A stretch of 61,999 nt of DNA, counting the filler, from Dimargaris cristalligena (lineage: Eukaryota), in NCBI GenBank assembly GCA_003614675.1. It is 4 parts of 4 records of this genome, joined end to end, with 100 filler letters (N's around TTAATTAATTAA, not from the genome) between each part and the next. Parts side by side here need not be neighbours in the genome. Positions count along the whole stretch, not along the records: positions 1 to 15,456 come from ML002889.1; 3 more parts are not named here. One strand, given 5' to 3'. Every line of letters starts with the position of its first letter. Within the stretch, counting starts at the first letter, position 1. The notes below the pieces were generated by a model. The model saw only the letters and a list, made by a program, of their open reading frames with translations, was not told the origin of the DNA and did not search any database. The position numbers and the translations under genes were made by a program. Positions 1 to 13,546 of the stretch are shown piece after piece.

Positions 1-493
1 TTCTTTATGCCTCTGAAGTTGTGGTTGCCAAGGAAATGGTCCTTTTGAGCTTCCAAACAGGTATTTCTATTACTTTAGTTTAAACTGGTTTTATTTTATT
101 ATAAAAAGTATTATATTTTTAAAGAATTTCCTAGAGTGACTAACCAGTTCGCCTGGAGAAGCCACCCTGCCCTTTTTGATATATTTTGTTGTTCATTTTA
201 GTGGCTTGACACCACCACACTGTGACACCGGTGGATCAAAATAACTAACTGGTAAACTATACTTGGTGTAAAAACTGCCTGTTTATTGGGAGAATACCCA
301 ATGGGTATTTATATGAAATGTAATAAAGAAGGCCAGTAATGTTGACGGCTCTGAGGGTACTAAGTCTGGGGATATGCCCCAGACTTCTATAACTAAAATA
401 TCCTCAAGTTATAAATAAGAACTATGAATACTGAATATTGAATATTGAATACTGGAAAAATGACCTAGCCATTGAAGGGCTTGTAACTGGGTG

Positions 494-538
494 GGAAAAG
501 ATGAAGACTGACATTCAGTGATGTTCTTCATCTTTTCC
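494..538. repeat. Perfect 14-bp inverted repeat (hairpin)
   Basis: GGAAAAGATGAAGA (494-507) is the exact reverse complement of TCTTCATCTTTTCC (525-538); an extra ACAT/ATGT pair lies inside the loop. Confidence 0.85.
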
Positions 539-1827
539 AAACTAAAAATAGTTTGGGTGGGATATGCTATTAGAGATTAAGCAGGCCTGACCACAACACC
601 TTAGTTTATTTTGGGTTATTCGATGGTCTTGGCACCCAGCAGCTTTGTTTTATTACTTCTAGTATATACCAAATGCGACAGCTCACCAACAGCTGTGTAT
701 TGGCCATTAAATTTTCTGTTCAATTTTTATATTTCCTTTATTCTGGATGGGTATGCAGCTTGCACCAGCTTACTTTAGCTGCCACTATTTACTTCAAACA
801 GTTAATTTGTGTAATTTCAATAAAGCATTCCTGGTGTTGCATTTTTGTCCATAATGGCCAGAGGGCATATCACCCCTTTTCAGCAATCGGACAAAGGATT
901 CCTTCACCCTAGCCTATTATTTCGTACTATGAAGACTATTTTTTATCTAAAGGAATGCAGCTCTACCCACCCTTAGTTAAATGTCGAGACATGCTAAGCA
1001 TATTCTGTCCAGTGCTAGTCTTGGTTGGGGAGAGGCATCTTGCCTATAGTACATAATATCCACCTTACCTCTCCAAATTCGTGTTCCTGTTCCTCTGGAT
1101 CAATTTTCCACCCCAATAATGAAACGACTCTACTAAATTTAATACAATTACCTGATGCCTTTAGCAGTTGGTATTCCATTTCCAACACATAACACAGTTC
1201 CTTTAGTCGTTTTCCCCTATATATTTATGAACAACCATATATTCATCGATTTACTATAGGTCCTGTGAATAATCGCCAGCTTGGTGATAATTTCCCAAAT
1301 TTTCAAATAAAGTCCCACCATTGTACATATTTTCCAGTTTTATTAACAATAGGTGCTGCTATATCACTTTGGAGCATCATCCAAGACTTTATATACAATA
1401 GCATTGGACTTCTCTCATTTGGTACACTTGTGTAGATAACTAGTGCCCAGCGTCGCCTCCCTCGTATAAGAGTGGTTGGCCCTAAGCCTCGTCGCTTACC
1501 AGGTCGTCAAACCACGCGAGATTTTCTCCGTTCCTCTCTGCGCCTGTCCTTAAAGCTGCACCGGCCAATGTTACGACCCGACAGCTATACTGTGCCCCGG
1601 ACTTACCCTTTCCCCCAGGTCATACTTAAGCCAGCAAACCAGGGTCTGCTCAAACGGTGTGCTCCACTACCCTCCAGTCCATAGTATATTTTGTCAGCTG
1701 TGGCACGGGTATTTCCAAGCCCTCCCTCCCCTAGTGTTTTTTCCATTCGGACATTACTTTGTTTACTTGTGTTTCCCGTTGTTCCTTTGCCAACTCCCCT
1801 CCACAACCTTAAACACGCTACTACTCC

Positions 1828-4314
1828 ATGGACAACACCGCTCAGTCAGCCGGGACCAAGTTCCCCACCATCACCCATTGCATCTTCGACATGGATGGTC
1901 TCCTTCTGGTAATGCCCTTCTCCATTCACCCGGAGTACTGCCGCAACCAGCATTTACCCTTCCCCCCATTAACTGCTCCGCACCATATCTAATGATATTC
2001 TTGTTCTGCCCCAACCCTCCGCTATAATATTACCCCTATTCCAGGACACTGAACGTATCTATACCGAGGTTACAGGTTAGTTTAGGTTAATTTCTTCCAT
2101 TTCTGGCCGCCCCAACTCCCAAATCATCGATAAAATTGTGTCGCTATTTAGGAGTGACCTACGTGCATTCCAGATTGATATGTTTCCACCCGCCAGTATA
2201 ACTCACACTCTTCAACCGATATTAAAACTTGTCTATATACCACACTAGAGGAGATCCTTCGCCCCCATGGACTCACATTTGGCTGGGATGTCAAGGCTAA
2301 GCTAATGGGCCGTACCACCCACGATGTAAGAGCCCTTGTCCCATATGGCTTAATCCACCCCTCCCACCCCCTTATAATGAAAGGCATGGATTGTTCCATA
2401 GAACCATCGATAGTAAGGTTTCGCTATTTTCACTTCCGGAAAATTTAATCAACAATCAATTTATCATACTTTATACATCCTTGTTTTCCCGGTATTTTCG
2501 TGAACTTGGACCACAATCTATCATGTCGATTAATCTATATTGCGGGGCCGAATAGTCTATTCGTATTCTACTCGAGGAAACCAAAGTGCCCATGACTCAT
2601 GAGGAATATTACCAAAAAAGCCACAAGCTACAGGTAATTATGAATTTATACGATGTTTCGAATCCCCGATTAATCATTTTCTTAAGGAATCATTTCCCGG
2701 TCATCTGAACGACGGCTTCGCGTCACCCCATCTTCTTTTACCTAGCCCACGGTTTAATTGGCGAAAAAATTGGGCCAGGACTCGTGTTCAATTGTCCTGG
2801 TCACTTGAACATAGCACATGGCTGTGTCCTTGATGCACTTTAACCATTTACAGCCGAAGACCCGGTTGATTTTAATTTTGGATCCCTAACTTACCCTCTA
2901 CATCTCTCACTCCCATTGTCCCATGCATAGTTCGAGAAATTTCCTTCCTGTCGTCCCCTTCCGGGAGTAGAGGTACTAGATGATTACCTTTGTTGTTGGC
3001 CAGTTTTTTTTATACTTATACTAGTGTTGTTACCACAGGTTCCGCTGGTAGCAAAACAATCAGAATAGTTTATATCCTGATTTAAACGGTATACTGGGAC
3101 ACGCTCTTATTACTAATAATGTATCATCTTTCGGAATTGGCTTGATTATATTGGATAGCGGTTGATTGCCCACCTGAACGACACCAACGTTCCCATTGCG
3201 GTAAGTATTTGATCATACCCACGCCCTTTTATGGTGTATATACAACTAGAAGCATTAGGAAAAAAAGGACATATTAAGAATAGCCCAATCCCCAACAGTG
3301 TGACTGCATCGAATAGCCACCCCTCACCTACCATTGTTGCATAGCTTACACAAGTTGGAGGAGTTATCTTGTGTATGGCAGTGTGTCTATAAGCCCATTT
3401 TAGAGTAGTAACCGGATATGGTAATGGGAAATACGTAGCATCAAGGCATTGGCTAGCACGTCGGACTTGCTGTAAAGGACCTCCTGCTTCACCGCCACCC
3501 CCCACCTCACTTTCCACACACCCCCAAACTAATATATTCGGCAGTATTTGATAATCACACGAACACTCTGTTCGCGACCACTTGTGTATACGGCGGTGAT
3601 TTCAATTAGGTGGGAACCAGCTCTCGCATGGAGCATTTCGAGACCAAAACCCAAGAAAACAAACCGCTGTTCCAACTGTTTGACACCATCACTTGCGGGG
3701 ATGACCCTAATGTTGAGCATGGTAAACCCCATCCCGACATTTTTATCGAGGCCCGTCGTCGACTGGGCAATCCCCCGGCCGACCAATGCCTTGTGTTCGA
3801 AGACGCCCTTAACGGCGTGGAGGCCGCTCGTCGAGCGGGTATGCATGTAAGCCAATAGTGCCATAGCTTATAACTCACCAGTCGATTCGGGTAGATCTCT
3901 GACATCAGTGGGTCGGTGTACGTCAGACTACTCCGACGAGTTTAGAGGATAAACTCTTATGTAATGCAATAAGGGAAGAGCTGTGTCTGTGGGTGTGGGA
4001 CGAGGGCAGGGGATACACCCAGACCAATTAATTAGGACAATTGTCCCCCCGTACAACTTTAAGTGATACTACCATCCACGCTGCATTCGATTCCGAATGG
4101 CGGGTTTACCAATATCCCCAAATTTTAATAACTCCCTTTACATTACGGCCATTAACTTGCTAAACAACTGATTTAGGTGGTATGGATCCCGGACCCGAAC
4201 ATTGTTGCTATGGGTATTCGCGATGATCACGGTGCGGCCGAGATTCTTACGTCCATGGAAGAGTTTCAACCCGAGAAATATGGCCTTCCTGCGTTTCCCC
4301 TGCCTTCGGCCTAA
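1828..4314 (+). CDS. HAD-family pseudouridine-5'-phosphatase (HDHD1/PUDP-like), 8 exons, ~241 aa
   Basis: Manually spliced at GT-AG sites: 1828-1908, 2045-2075, 2249-2325, 2556-2633, 2931-2972, 3159-3200, 3610-3846, 4177-4314 (726 nt, in frame). Motifs: THCIFDMDGLLLDTERIY (motif I), VGTSS (II), GKPHPDIF (III), CLVFED (IV), C-terminal FQPEKYGLP. Confidence 0.9.
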
Positions 4315-5287
4315 TTCTTTGATGGTGACCTGGATATAGTATTACTTCCCCCCCTTTTTTTTGAATTTTACAGTTACCATAGACATTTATGCATCCTCAC
4401 GTGAATACTTTGGAAAATATGACTTCGCGGAGTTATAAACGATCGTTTAAATACAATATACCTAGTTTACATTTAGTTTATTGAATTTTAAGGGGGATTA
4501 GAAGAGACCATTGTTTCAAGAATAGCTTAGTTGCGAGAGTACAGCATCGCCAATCAAGTAAACCGATGATCAATAGAGCGGCCGCAGCTTATGTGACGGT
4601 AATACAGTTGTGCGTCGAAATCATGAGACTTTTGTACAAATCGACGTCATATAATATACGTGATATTTTAAAATGGTGAGAGTTCCTTCCAGCAGAAAAA
4701 TGGCGATGGAAGGGGTTGTTTTGTTACAGGCCGGCTAGGCTAATGGGCTATTTCCGGATCAATGGGCATTTGCATCCCCCGGGATTGGAGATAATGGTAA
4801 TGCAAAGCTCAATTAAGGGGCGGTGTGTGCTTGGAACTGGAAAAGCTGAAAGCGGAAGGGAAAAGCCCCTCCCTTCCGTATGCACAGTCCATTCATAATA
4901 AACACCGGATCCGGTTTGGTCGAAGTGAGTGAGTAAGTAGGTGAGTGTTCACAGACGTAAATATGCTCGGAAAGCGAAGAGCCCAAACTAAGCGGGGGAG
5001 GGGTGTTAAGAAGACAGCTTTAAGCATGCGGATATATGAAACAGTAAATTGGGGATAAATCTAGAGAGGCAAACCCTACCGAAGGGAACTTGGGAATACA
5101 TAATGGGGGGTTTCGGGTCCTGTATTCGTGGAGGACGCCCAGCTAAGAAGGGTAGGGGAGGTCAAGAAGAATGGCGCCGGCCATTGCAAGCCTCTTCCAA
5201 CCCAGCTGGTGGACCCCCACCAAAGTGGCGTAGGCCAAAAATTAAATGGCCGCGAAAAGAGGGTCAATACGAAGATGCTGGCGGTGA

Positions 5288-6361
5288 CTAAAGATACCGG
5301 CTCGAGTTTCCGGCCGTTATAGCCGCCTCGCGCGATGCCGCGGTATAGTTATTGCGCGACTCCTTTTTAACCAGCTGGCTCTGCTTCTTGGTGTGGTATT
5401 TCTTGAGCCGAATCGCCTTGGCTTGAACTTTACGCCGGCGTCCGCGTTCCTGTTCGTCGATACCCTCGATGATGAGGTTGTTGTTCTGGGTGACCATACC
5501 GTACACCTTTTTCATGAGCCCGCCGAAACCGTCAATGGCACCGGCGATGACGCTGGGGTGCTCGCCCTTGGCGTGGTAGCACCCTTGTTCACCGCAGGCT
5601 TCCATTTCGCGGTTGGGGGCTTTACTCGCGTTGGAACGCTCGCAGGCCGAACGGGTCCCCGCCAAGTGGTACTCGGTGCCCGCGCGGACACCGGCGGTCA
5701 CCATGGGGTATTTCGGAATCATCGTGCCTCCGTTGCCAATCATGGGAGGGCCGCCTCCGAGCACTGGGCGAATCATGGTGTTGGCCTCGTTAAAGTTGGG
5801 GTGGGGCTTCGTTTGCGGTTGGGTTGGGCGGGCAATGACGCCGGCGCCCATGCCCATTCCCATGTTCATACCCATGGCTGAACCCATGCCCATACCACCC
5901 ATCGGGCCCATCATACTGCCGCCGGGGCCGCGACTCATATTCATACCCATGTCCATATGGGCCCGCTGGGCCGGCAGAAGGGCCAGGTCGTCCCGTACTC
6001 CGCCCATATGGGCGAAGCTTGAACCGGCGAACGGGGGTGGGTGGGGCATGTGTAGAGCGCTACCCATGGGCGGCGGGGGCAGGGGGGGCATACCCGACGT
6101 AGCGCCGTAGGGGACCATTTGGGCCTGGGAGGCGGCCAGGGCCATGGAGTGATTGGACCGCTGGTAGGCTTGGCAGTTTGAGCACAGACCCGAGCCCATG
6201 GCATTCCCGGGAATGGGTCGTTTACACTGGCTGCAAGGTACAGTGCTCTCGAACATGGTGTTCCGACGGGCGAGCTGGTGGTGACTCTGGTTCATCATGG
6301 CCGAGTCGTGGAGGGAAATATGGCTCGCCAGGTGGGCGTGGGAGGGCGAAGTACCGTACAT
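5288..6361 (-). CDS. Hypothetical 357-aa protein: CX2CX13CX2C motif, Met/Gly/Pro low-complexity core, CsbD-like and basic C-terminus
   Basis: Long intronless ORF with GC-rich codons like neighbouring genes; CSQC...LCSNC; GMGM repeats; Lys/Arg-rich tail. Confidence 0.75.
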   Translation of the reverse strand: MYGTSPSHAHLASHISLHDSAMMNQSHHQLARRNTMFESTVPCSQCKRPIPGNAMGSGLCSNCQAYQRSNHSMALAASQAQMVPYGATSGMPPLPPPPMGSALHMPHPPPFAGSSFAHMGGVRDDLALLPAQRAHMDMGMNMSRGPGGSMMGPMGGMGMGSAMGMNMGMGMGAGVIARPTQPQTKPHPNFNEANTMIRPVLGGGPPMIGNGGTMIPKYPMVTAGVRAGTEYHLAGTRSACERSNASKAPNREMEACGEQGCYHAKGEHPSVIAGAIDGFGGLMKKVYGMVTQNNNLIIEGIDEQERGRRRKVQAKAIRLKKYHTKKQSQLVKKESRNNYTAASREAAITAGNSSRYL

Positions 6362-9300
6362 GGCGGATGGATAGATATATTTTACTGGTGGCTGGGTTTA
6401 AAACTCAGTTGGTGAAGGAGGTTAATAGGCAGGTGGTCCAACAGGCCACCAATTGGAAGTGTGGGGGTGTGGAGCGGCTTTAAATAAGAGGGCCTAGGAA
6501 GGGGATTAGATGGTTAGGTATATTAAACCAGAATAATCAAAAGTAGACGGGGTTGAGCGTCAGGGGAAATTTGTGGTAGGAAGGAAAACACCTTCGCTAC
6601 TAAAAGAAAGTAGAGAGCAGAGACGGCTGGAAAAGGACCGCAAATACTAGTGAAATGTATTCGGTGGAAGCGAGGAAAAGATAAGGTTATGGCCGAAATT
6701 GGGTACGAGAAAAGTAGACGAGTAAAGGAAAGAGAGAGGACGGGGGCGCCCTGAGATATATAGGCGAGGAGGGACAATGGAGAGGGGGAGGAGGGACGAA
6801 CTAGGGCTTGGAGGAAGTTGTGCCCCATGATCATTGTTCAGCTAGTAAGTATTACATGGCCATATATTCGTGTTATAATGGGAGGAGGATATCAAGGATG
6901 ACATAGCAGCCCAGCCATGGGATCCGCAGACGCCCTAAGGACGAGGAAACGGAGGGGAGGATAGCGGCGGTCGACAAAGTAGCCAGCCAGACCGGGCCCA
7001 ATGAGTGCAGCCCGAGCCCTGGAACACCTCCCTTAGTCCAAACTGCAGGGCGGTGGGGCCCTGGTGCACCCGAGCCCTTTTAGGTGAAGTCGGCCCCCGT
7101 GGATCTAATATATATATATTTAGAGAGAGATGTATAAATGTGTGTGTGTATGTGAAGTATAGGGTGAAAAACTAAAGGGATTCCGCCGGTTAAATTGCCC
7201 CAGTCGCCCAATCAGCAACGGTAAAGTCAACCAACCTTCCTTCCCTTCCCGTCCCTCCCAGATCCCCGCCGACCTACTCAGCAAATCTGCTACACCACAC
7301 CCAATCTACTTACAATTAAGGCGGGGGGAATCCCCGCCCCTCCAATAGCCGAAAGGGCAAAATACATTTTACAATTACAAATCCATTTGGTCAGATGGGC
7401 GAGCTTTCCTTCCCCATCGGGCACTTCTACTCCTCCATTTGTCTCTAGCACCGCCTCTATTCACCCACACCCTGGATCATCGTACATCTCAGCCTCTCTC
7501 CTGCATAGCTCAACGCGGACATCATGCGCGATTCATTATTCATCTCCGGTTGGGCAGTAGACCCCTTTGGAAACCCCCATCTGGGGGGACGGGGCCGCGG
7601 GCCGGCCGTCGGGAGAAATATGATCATTTGGAGAGAGCTCGCTCCCCAAAAGCCATGCGCAATCAATCCATACAATATTAGCCCTTATCACTATTGTCAG
7701 TGGGCTAACCGGCCAGCTCACTGGTCATCGTGGGAATTAGAGTATGATGTGTATTCCAATCCTGATTATAGAAGCGCTGAGCAGTCACATGACCTTACCC
7801 CGTTGCCATCTATTGATGGGGGGGAGGCCTATCCGCAATAACGAACGCCTCCATCGTTGTCCAACTGTCCAAGCTTACAGGAAATGGAAGACTCGTCTGA
7901 AACATACCGTCCAGGAATACGTCAAAAAATAGATGAATAGGCTGAAGTAAACCACCGAATTAGCTGTGACACCGAGAAAGAGGATTGGGAGGAAGGTCAT
8001 AATAGTATCATATTTGGCTATGATTATGATTGCCGACCGAACAGGTATATATCATTATTCCATTTTTATTAAAACATTTCCATGTCTCAATGCGCCGCTG
8101 TATATCCTGTTGTAATACATCTCCAGCAACTAAACATAGGCACTTGAATTGGTGATCATAGGAAGAGTCGCTGCAGTCGTGATCAAAGCACATGTGGCAG
8201 CGGAAACCCTATATTCTGCCGGATGAGCAGCAGTCTTCGCATATCACCCACCTCCTGATTACCCCATAATACCCGGATAGCAGAAAATTAAGTATTTATC
8301 GGTGCCCATATTTGCATCACAATTCAAACCGGGTGCTTGCATTCTCCGCCTTTAACATGCCACATATATCCGATTTTCTTTCCACCGTTGGTTCTTTTAA
8401 CCCATACGACCCTTTAGTACATGAAGCCCTCCAACACTAATCGGTACTCGCATGTTTCCGACAGTCTGCCCGGTCATCCCCCAATTTATAACCAATCCAG
8501 CTCGTGGATGTTCTCAGCCTCCATTATTGCATTAGTGTAAGCGGGGTTAGGTAACGATAAAAAAAGGAGTCAGTATGGATGTACATTGCGTTAAAATTGG
8601 TTGTAATTACTCAGCAAATAAACTAGTGTGAGAATGGCCACTAATTAATACATGTCGGGTAAGCCGAATAAGCAGCTGGGGAGTAAAGGCAATATCTAAC
8701 TGGAATGTAGGCGGCCATTGGATTCATATTTTGACAAATAACTGGCATGGGAAGTAATATAATTTTTGAGTGATACAATGGGAATGCCCATGAAAAGGTT
8801 TGGAATCCGAGGTAATATCAACATCCTGTTATTTTTAGGGTGGGTGGCTCGGGTTTCGTGCACACCCTTAAACACACATTGATATGTATAACATCACATA
8901 GTTCGAACGGGGAAAAGCTGTATGAGTCTACCGAGTTCTCCATTGGGAGTAGCCCAGTATTTATGATGAAAACCTATATGTGCGGCTACTAACTACTGAC
9001 CGCTTATTATGGGTTACGATACATTTTGTGTTTTGGCCCACGTTATCCAATTTCTTCGTATTTCGGGGAACATCAACTTCAATCGCTACTGGTTGCATTG
9101 GGCTTAGTGGTATCTCAGTTTATGAGTTAACCGAGCGACGAGTACCACTAGGTCCGACTGATTTATAGGCCCAACAGATGGAGTGTCCGTTCTCTTTCCT
9201 TATTTTCTAAGCATCCAAGGTTTTTTAACACGAGAGTGCCAGCTAACTTGGAGAAGTAATAAAGTGTGTCGTAGGCTATAATCTAAGATGGACTAATAGC

Positions 9301-12300
9301 TATGCCTCGGACGGGTTTACAAGAGATAACACACAAGCAGTTGATGCGAAGGGCGTTTTATAGATAATAATAAGGGAGATATCAAATAGTTCGAGTTAAC
9401 TATAAAAGGGGGTATAGAATAAATGGTAATTAACTGAAGAATAACTATCGGAATTGGCTCGGCTTTATATAGCCGAGCAGACTAAAGATAAAGGCATCGA
9501 ACCAGTATAGAAGATACTGGAAGACGCTACTAGGTAGTAATATAATAGGTAACTAATAATAGGCGGTATATAATGGAGGGAATATATTGAATATGTGAAT
9601 CAAGTGGCGGGAATGGCTGAAGGATACTGATCCTTCAACAAGGCCGAATTTCCGCGCCTCATTGATAGAACTGGGCGATGATGGCGCCTAGTCCTTCATA
9701 GTTAGTCGGCTTTGATCCTATAGATTATTAAGCACGACAAAGTGTTTCATACATATAATTCTAGCAGGATATCCCTCCATCGACTCTAGTAAATCATTTG
9801 ATGGTCATGTCACTTATCGAACTCATAAATTTTTTCCATAATTTGACCTGGTTGTTCAACATTGAATATTTCTCAAGATATTTTCGCCAGTAGCACCAAC
9901 TATTTCGCATCCTCCACTATGATTCTTTAACATTTGGCTTGTCTGTCAGAGTGACAGTCCGCCCCCGCGACCTACATGGTCAGGTAATAAGACTAAAACC
10001 CCCATCGTGATAACACGCTTCAGTACAAGATGACGTATATGCAACCTAGCCGCTCCACTAAGTGTCAACACTTTTAATGCAATACCAATCTCTTTAACAA
10101 GGGCTAACCACTCAACTACGCTAGGTAGAGAAACCTATTAGACCGAAGCCATCGGTCATCTGAAGTATATTGCCGGTGAGTAGCGGAGCAAATATCAATA
10201 TGAATGAAAATCAAACCAGCTGTATAAAATTTTACATGATTCGTGTATGGGAGAATTTGTCGGAGAAACTCTTTTAACAGGTGATTTTGGCGCCATGTAA
10301 TGGATTTTTCGCCATATGGCCTGTATGAACTTCTCCCGTACATAGAAGGGCATTATCTAATGCAGTTTGCTTAATGGGGGGGGGGGTGATAAAGGATGAA
10401 AACTTTCGGTTTCCAGGGGAGCTGAATTAAAATATTTATATTAATCTCCAACCATCACCCGGGTTATCTATGAAGGATGTATTTAAGGGATAAGGGACCC
10501 CAGTGTGTTACCCTAGACAAGGGGCGGTTATGGATGATCAAACTCTCTATGGAGCACCCGAAAGGCCATGGATTAAGCAATTGATAGCTGTCGTCTAAGG
10601 TTTTTCAGGTAAACCTAGAATATTATTTATATGTTAAACTGCCACAGATGGAAAACTTGTAGAGCACTCTGAGAGTATGTCAACATTAAAAGGTCATATT
10701 CGGCTCTCCAAGGCCAACCATACCAGACCACAATACTTTGTATTTTAATCATGATAAACCCAGTGTAACTTCCCTATTGATATATTTTAACACCATAGAT
10801 GGCATCTCTAATGGTTATGGATATGTGTGTATTAGCTCGGCCAACATACTGGCATAAGTAAACTTTAAGATCCTATTTATCACGTCTATAAGCCTTTCGC
10901 CTAGTCTCCCGTGCGTGTTCATTTTTTTAATACCTTCTTTATTAATAATTCACTTCCCTGGAAATCTTGCTTGTAGCTACCCCTATTTCCCTGCTGCACA
11001 ACTCCCCCAAATCTTGTGTATCCATGTTTTCAGCTTTACACACCCATAATGGCTAATCCACATCCCCCCCTAAAGGTGAATTATTCACGTTATGAAATAG
11101 ACTTGATAGACGTCCCAGTTAATTCATTTTGGTTTCATATTATAATCATAATTCCTCCTATCCCAAGTTAGAGATTTCATATAGTTTAAGGTGGGACAGC
11201 GAATTCACCGTTAACAATATTTCCGCAAATTGTGCTTTAGGAATATAAATGAAGTTTTTCAAGGCTGGTAATAATACCGAGAGTATTCTAATTAAACCAT
11301 CGAAATATATGCTTTCCCTATCATTATACATTATTTTGGAGGAATTTCCCTCAACAAAAAGCGGCCTTCACCCACTGACACCTCTGGTTGACGAATCGTA
11401 TTTACTGACATGGTGTTTACGCCTTGTCACGTATCAGGTATATTTGGCAATAATAAGCCGCTTTTACGAGAAACTAGAAGGGTGGAGCGGATGGAGCGGA
11501 GGCTGAATCCCGTTTCTGACAGAAAAGAAGGAGGGCAGGGCTCTTAAAAGTTAGAGGAGTAGGCAATAGTAATACCCGCCCATCTACGGATCTCTCCCGA
11601 TGGACCCCCCCCCCAAGATACATGGTCAAAGACAAGACCTACATCGATTGTACACTATTCACATTGTTCAGCAGACTGGGACTTTAATGTACTATCGATT
11701 TTACTCACTAGTGGATTTTGCCTACCCCTATTAATCCCACCCCTTGGCAAAGGCTAGGCTGCGGTTTCCAGAGAGCTATGACATAAATACATTTTCTCTC
11801 AGGCTCTTTTTTGCAGATGTACCACCCAGAGTAGGCGGGTCAACTTGGCCGACATAGTCCCAGGGTTTCTGAAAAGCGGGGTAGGCAGTGACATACTATT
11901 ATGAATCACTTTTCCCCGACGAGAAACCGATATTGTTAGCCTGCCTCACACAGTTAATATTCCGCATATATCCCCAATGTATTTTCAGTACATCTACTTA
12001 ACTGTGTTCCCTTGTGGACAATTAAGTAAGGAACCCGCAATTCCATCAGTTGAATTCATAGGCACCCAAGTCAACCTCGGCCAGTTAAACCTAAACCAGC
12101 CGGTAGTGTATTGCCGTCAATTTTTACTTGATATAATCCACTGTTAGACAAAAGTAGCCATGGGAATACATTAATTGAACTGCCTTGACTAAGCAGGGTG
12201 GTTTGCTATACTAGACTATTAACCCAAAAACCAGTGCATATCGGTATGGCTATTGGTATGAGAAATGCCCGGCATAGCTCAGAGTAACCCAACACAATAC

Positions 12301-13180
12301 CATTAATTTTCAGACTAATGGCGACACTATCGCTGGTAAGTGCACTGCTAAGCATTCGTAGGAAAACCCCAATAAAAAATGGCTGAGGGGGGGATGATAA
12401 TATCAAGCATAATGCACATAAAACAACTAAGGGAAAATGACAAGGAAAAGAAGGAGGAGGGAGGGTTCGGACTAATTGGCTCTATGGAAGGTGCCATTCT
12501 AAGCACCACAATCGCCCAGTGAATCGAAGATTTGCCTAAATGAAATGATTGTTCATGTCATCTTTTTCCTTGTTATTCTTCCTCTCCGGCCTGCCGCTCT
12601 TCTGCTCATTATCCGTACCCTTGCACAGATTCTGACGTTATCGGAGGTGATGCCAATATTAGAGTAAGGTAAATCTGAAGGCGTTGATACTTTGCTCCTA
12701 ATGCTCACCTCCGCTGCAGGTTATTCCGTTGTGTCCAACCTTAGACCAACATTACTCTTGGCCACCCTTTTATAAAAAGAAGGGGGGTCCAGCTCAATGT
12801 CTTTGTCAGTGCAAATCCAGCTTTAAATGAAACGATGATGCTGACTGAGACCAAGAAATAGTGCATCGGTTGGCGACATGGGGGCCATTTGGGTAAATAG
12901 GGGCGAGTAGCCTGCAGGAATTATTGACCTTCCAAAAATTCACAAAATGATCCCACTGGGGACGAGCAACCATCGGCAAATGTGGATAAAGGCAGTGGCA
13001 GTCAAGCGACTACAGGGCGCCATTGTATCGGCCACCAAAGTATATAAAACCCCACCTATACCCCACTTTACAACATTATCATTACCCATTCATACCTCAA
13101 TTACATCCCCCCTTCCCTCACCGGCTTTCTACACAGTTCTACTCCCCATCCCTGTATTCTCGCAGTCTAGTCTAAGCATC

Positions 13181-13546
13181 ATGTACTACATTGGAACTTT
13201 CGCTGCTACTGTGCTCCTCGCCTTGGTCGCTACTCCTATTTCTCTAGCCCAACCCATGACTGGCCATGTCGGACAGACTAGTTTGCCTGTGCCAACCTCT
13301 CATATCTATCGTCGCCAGCCTTCGCCTGCATTCTCTTTCCCTCCTCCGTCTAGCAGAATGCCTGGGGCATGGGTCGACAAAAAGAAGGAAACCCCGAAAG
13401 CCGGTGGAACCAATGTCTCGTCCCCCAAGTCCCTGAAACCCACTGTTGTAAATAAACAGAAGACATCTTCTAGCACGGTGTTTTCTACCGCAAAGAATGT
13501 CATGCCGAAAGTCAATGACTATGAAAAGAAGATTATTAAGAAATAA
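13181..13546 (+). CDS. Small secreted basic protein (~121 aa), candidate effector
   Basis: Start reassigned to ATG 13181 (MYYIGTFAATVLLALVATPISLA, signal-peptide-like); TATATAAAA at ~13041; HIYRR dibasic site; K/S/T/P-rich mature part. Confidence 0.65.
   Translation: MYYIGTFAATVLLALVATPISLAQPMTGHVGQTSLPVPTSHIYRRQPSPAFSFPPPSSRMPGAWVDKKKETPKAGGTNVSSPKSLKPTVVNKQKTSSSTVFSTAKNVMPKVNDYEKKIIKK

Noticed and set aside
12947-13180. N-terminal extensions given by the ORF track (also 59685-59939 for the WD40 gene)
   Set aside because: Pyrimidine-rich, UTR-like sequence; downstream ATGs directly precede the signal peptide or LisH motif.
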